DNA of 64,000 bases from Neophaeotheca triangularis (Eukaryota): NCBI GenBank assembly GCA_054600435.1, contig BAAIJX010000030.1, positions 62,001 through 126,000 of the forward strand, given 5' to 3'. Each line of letters begins with the position of its first letter. The stretch's first letter is position 1. This document shows positions 60,869 to 64,000 of the stretch, in pieces. The notes below the pieces were generated by a model, which was given only the letters and a program-made list of their open reading frames with translations, had not been told where the DNA came from and did no database searches. The translations under genes were made by a program, and so were the position numbers.

Positions 60869-62627
60869 TCAGACGATCGAGCTGTCCTTCTCAAGCGTAG
60901 CAAAGCTTCTCAAAGCATTCTTCGAACTCGACACAGAACTGCTAAGCCTACGCCTCTGATCAGCGAGCCACATGCGCGCCCTCGATCGCTTGGTGTACAT
61001 GACAGCCATGCCCATGCATCCGGCGGAAACGAGCATGCAAGCTCCGCTCCACAGCTGGACGGTAAGGTAGTTCTCGCCGTAATGGCTGATTAGGTGACCC
61101 GCGATGACCGGGCCGGTGAGAGCGAAGAGTGCTGCCGAGGAGTACATCATGCCCACCCATTGGCCGAGTTTGGCTTGTGCGGATGGGTCTGGGCCGAGGA
61201 TGTAGGCGACTGAGGCCGGGGGAAGGCCGATCACCGAGCCGGAGAAGATTCCGAAGAGGACGACGAAGGCGATTGCGGAGTTGAGGGTGTGTGTTAGCGT
61301 CCAGAGAATGAGAACGAGGAGGGAGGCGATCAGGGTGACGGCGGCGTGGACGTTGAGGGCGCCGAAGAGGTCGCAGAAGTAGGCTGAGCCGACGCGTCCG
61401 ACGGTGGATGAGGCGTTCATGATGCTCAAGAGCCAGAATGTGCGGATTGCGTCGTCTGGTACTTCGTCTTCTCCCAAGCCGATGTGAGGATTCGGCTGTT
61501 GGTCTTTGTAGCCAAGGCCTTCCGCTGCTGCCCACTCTTCAAGGTTGAAGAAAACGGCGTAGAAGCCGAAGAACAGGAAACAGATGGAAGCCGTAAACCA
61601 TGCAAATGAGGCGTTTTGGAATGCGTGAGGGTCTATGAAAACTCGTGGGCTCCATTTCTCAGGCTTCCTAATCTGGTGGTCTGGGTTGGGCCTCGCGATC
61701 AAGATGGCCAAGATAGAGGTGGCGGTGATGACCGCTGCGACGTATCGGCATGTGTCATTGAATCCGACCTCTGTAATGAGATATTTGGTCATGACCGGGT
61801 AGCTGGAGATTGTCAACACCCGGAAAAGTTTTCGTATGTCCCCAGCCAAACTTACATCAATCCACTGATGCTGGCGCCCGAGGCAACGATACCAATAGCC
61901 AGTCCCTTCTTCTTTTTGAACCAAGTAGCAACAACTGCTCAAGTGTTAGCAATGATTCGTATTTCATGAACATTGCAATTCGCTTACCTTGAGAAGAGCT
62001 AACAAAAAAGCAAGCCATACCCAGACCAGAAATAAAACCCTGAGTCAACCAGATCAAGCCATAATTGCCGGAGTCGTAACTTCCATCACCACTGGCCAGA
62101 CTCAACATGAAGCTTCCAATGGATAGGAGAACTGTTCCAGTGCATATGAGTGCACGGCTATGGCCAGCGTCTAGAAAACGACCGACGATGGCGGAAAGTG
62201 CCAACACGACGAAAGATTGCGTCGAGCCGACCAGATTGAGAAGTAGAAGGTCCCGTCCCGGGAGTAAATGTTGCATGTAAAACGATTGGTATGTGCCGTA
62301 CGTGTTGACGATACCCCAGCTATTGAACATGAGAAGGAAACCGCCGAACAGGCATGCGTACGGACGCCATCCTTTGGGCCAGGTTGGCTCGTCGTCTGTG
62401 TAGCCAGTCGGTCTCTGTTCGAGATCTGCAGCGATATTCAACGACCGCATGGATGGTAGGGTGTCGGCGGTGTCACGACGCTTCATCGGACCGCGAGGGG
62501 GTTCTGTCATTTCCGAAGGTGATACACTCATGATGCTCGATTGGCTGGATTGATCTGGCGTTGGGTTTGCTGAAGTTTTTCTGGATTCGTCGATGGACCC
62601 GGCCTGCTTGCCTTCGCGAGGAGCCAT
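60869..62627 (-). CDS. MFS monocarboxylate-transporter-like protein (Mch family)
   Basis: Exons 62627-61988, 61934-61856, 61802-60869. LMFNSWGIVNTYGTYQSFY, GRFLDAGH, QGFISGLGMA, ATWFKKKKGLAIGIVASGAS, TGPVIAG. Confidence 0.92.
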
Positions 62628-64000
62628 GGTGGGTGACTGCGTAGCCTCTGGGCGCTCAGGGCTTGGACCTAAGCCTTGGTTGGCTGGTAATCGAAGTAGG
62701 TGCGGTCAATGGAGGCAAGGTGCGATGATGTGTTATTTGTTTTCCGAGAAAGTAAGTCACAACTGAGGCTCGGTGCGAGGGGCCAGGTTAAGATATATCA
62801 GGGAGATATCAGATTCGGTATCGAGATGAGTGGAAAAGTAACGTTTGATCGACATTTAAAGGTTACTTTCTTTGGTATGAGCACAAAGACATGCTGACCA
62901 TAGAGACTCCACCGGAAACACGTATGGAACCGCACCATCCTCGTCTTCCCCACGCATCCATGCGGTAGGGACCGTCTTGTCGACGGGTTTGAAGCAAAGT
63001 TCCCTGTCGGACAGAGCGCGTAATGGTCCCATTTGTGACGCTAGTGTCGGCCGTGAGCTACATGCTTCGCAGCAACACCAATAGATTACAGTGGCATCAG
63101 CGGCTCGGTGAGTGTTGCAGCCGGCCGAGAGGGCGCAGTAAAGGGCGATGGCATTGAAGTGACCATGTCAAAGACCGTGTGGGTCCTTGCCAAGACGTGG
63201 GTTGAGGTTGAGACGTGACAGGACCCCAAAGGCCGCGATGAAAGATACCGGGGAGTCAGCACCGCCATGGTAGAAGACGCAAGATCGACCACGCCAAGGG
63301 GCTGGGCTAGATCAAGTGTTGCTACCCACGTCTTCTTATCTTGGGTCTGTACGAGCAAAGATTCGCCAAGGGACCTTGATGATGCGTTGCCTTGTAGTCA
63401 CGCATTAGGAGATACGGCGCTTTCATGGGCAGTCTGGGCGTGTTCTTGATTATTGTCTGTGATCAAGCCTGGAAACACCTTCGTCGTCGCGTGAGTGTTA
63501 CTGCTTGCTTCCGCTGAGGCAGGCTTGCACGGGAAATCACAGGGGCAGTCTCGCTTTCAGGTTGGTGCCGCCCGTAGTCGATCATTCAAAGCTATCATCA
63601 TCGTCGTCATCGTCGTCGTCGTCGGCGGCGGGACTGCCAGCTAGTGATGGCGGCGAGAGAGGTAGTGACTACAGGTAGCAGACGGTGGGGGAAGAAAGGA
63701 CGGGAGGATTGAGAGTACTAAGGTTGCCCTTCCGTCGAGAGGCTTGCTTGGCTGCAGGCAGCGATTGACGATCTTCCGGACCGAAGCGTCGACGACCCTT
63801 GCACGTTTCCGCTTAAACGGACACGCCACGCCCACCAAAAGGCTTCTGCATCGACCGTCTTTCGACCTCACCCACCTAGTAAGAAGGTACTATGTACCTT
63901 GGGTAAGGTAGCTTTTTTGACTTTCCCGCACGTTATCTTGGGATGCATTAATAATAATTGCGGTCGACAGTACTCACAGGCGTGGTGAGGCGGCAGGCCA

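Noticed and set aside
1..64000. Transposons or RIP-degraded repeats
   Set aside because: No transposase, RT or integrase motifs, no LTRs or TIRs, and no long AT-rich blocks were seen.

Overview
Gene-dense eukaryotic DNA from a filamentous ascomycete, probably a Dothideomycete (inferred from protein similarity and short GT-AG introns with CTRAC branch sites). About 27 protein-coding genes can be reconstructed, many with exon-level models. They include the 5' end of MET8, an Sfl1-like HSF factor, POL1 divergent from RPL13, pterin-4a-carbinolamine dehydratase, PDB1, YIP1, HRI1, secreted/GPI/CFEM proteins, two MFS transporters, a HeLo-like/ankyrin protein, RPT5, SAM50, NAPE-PLD/FMP30, an arylsulfotransferase, a DHX30-like helicase, an RRM protein and BCS1. 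The standout is a cryptic tRNA-Tyr(GUA) gene on the minus strand at 57652-57874, split into four exons. One intron is the canonical anticodon-loop tRNA intron. The other two look spliceosomal (GTAAG...branch...TAG) and sit at tRNA positions 9/10 and 60/61. Removing all three gives a complete 73-nt tRNA-Tyr cloverleaf flanked by an upstream TATA box and a Pol III T-run terminator. No transposon or CRISPR array was seen.
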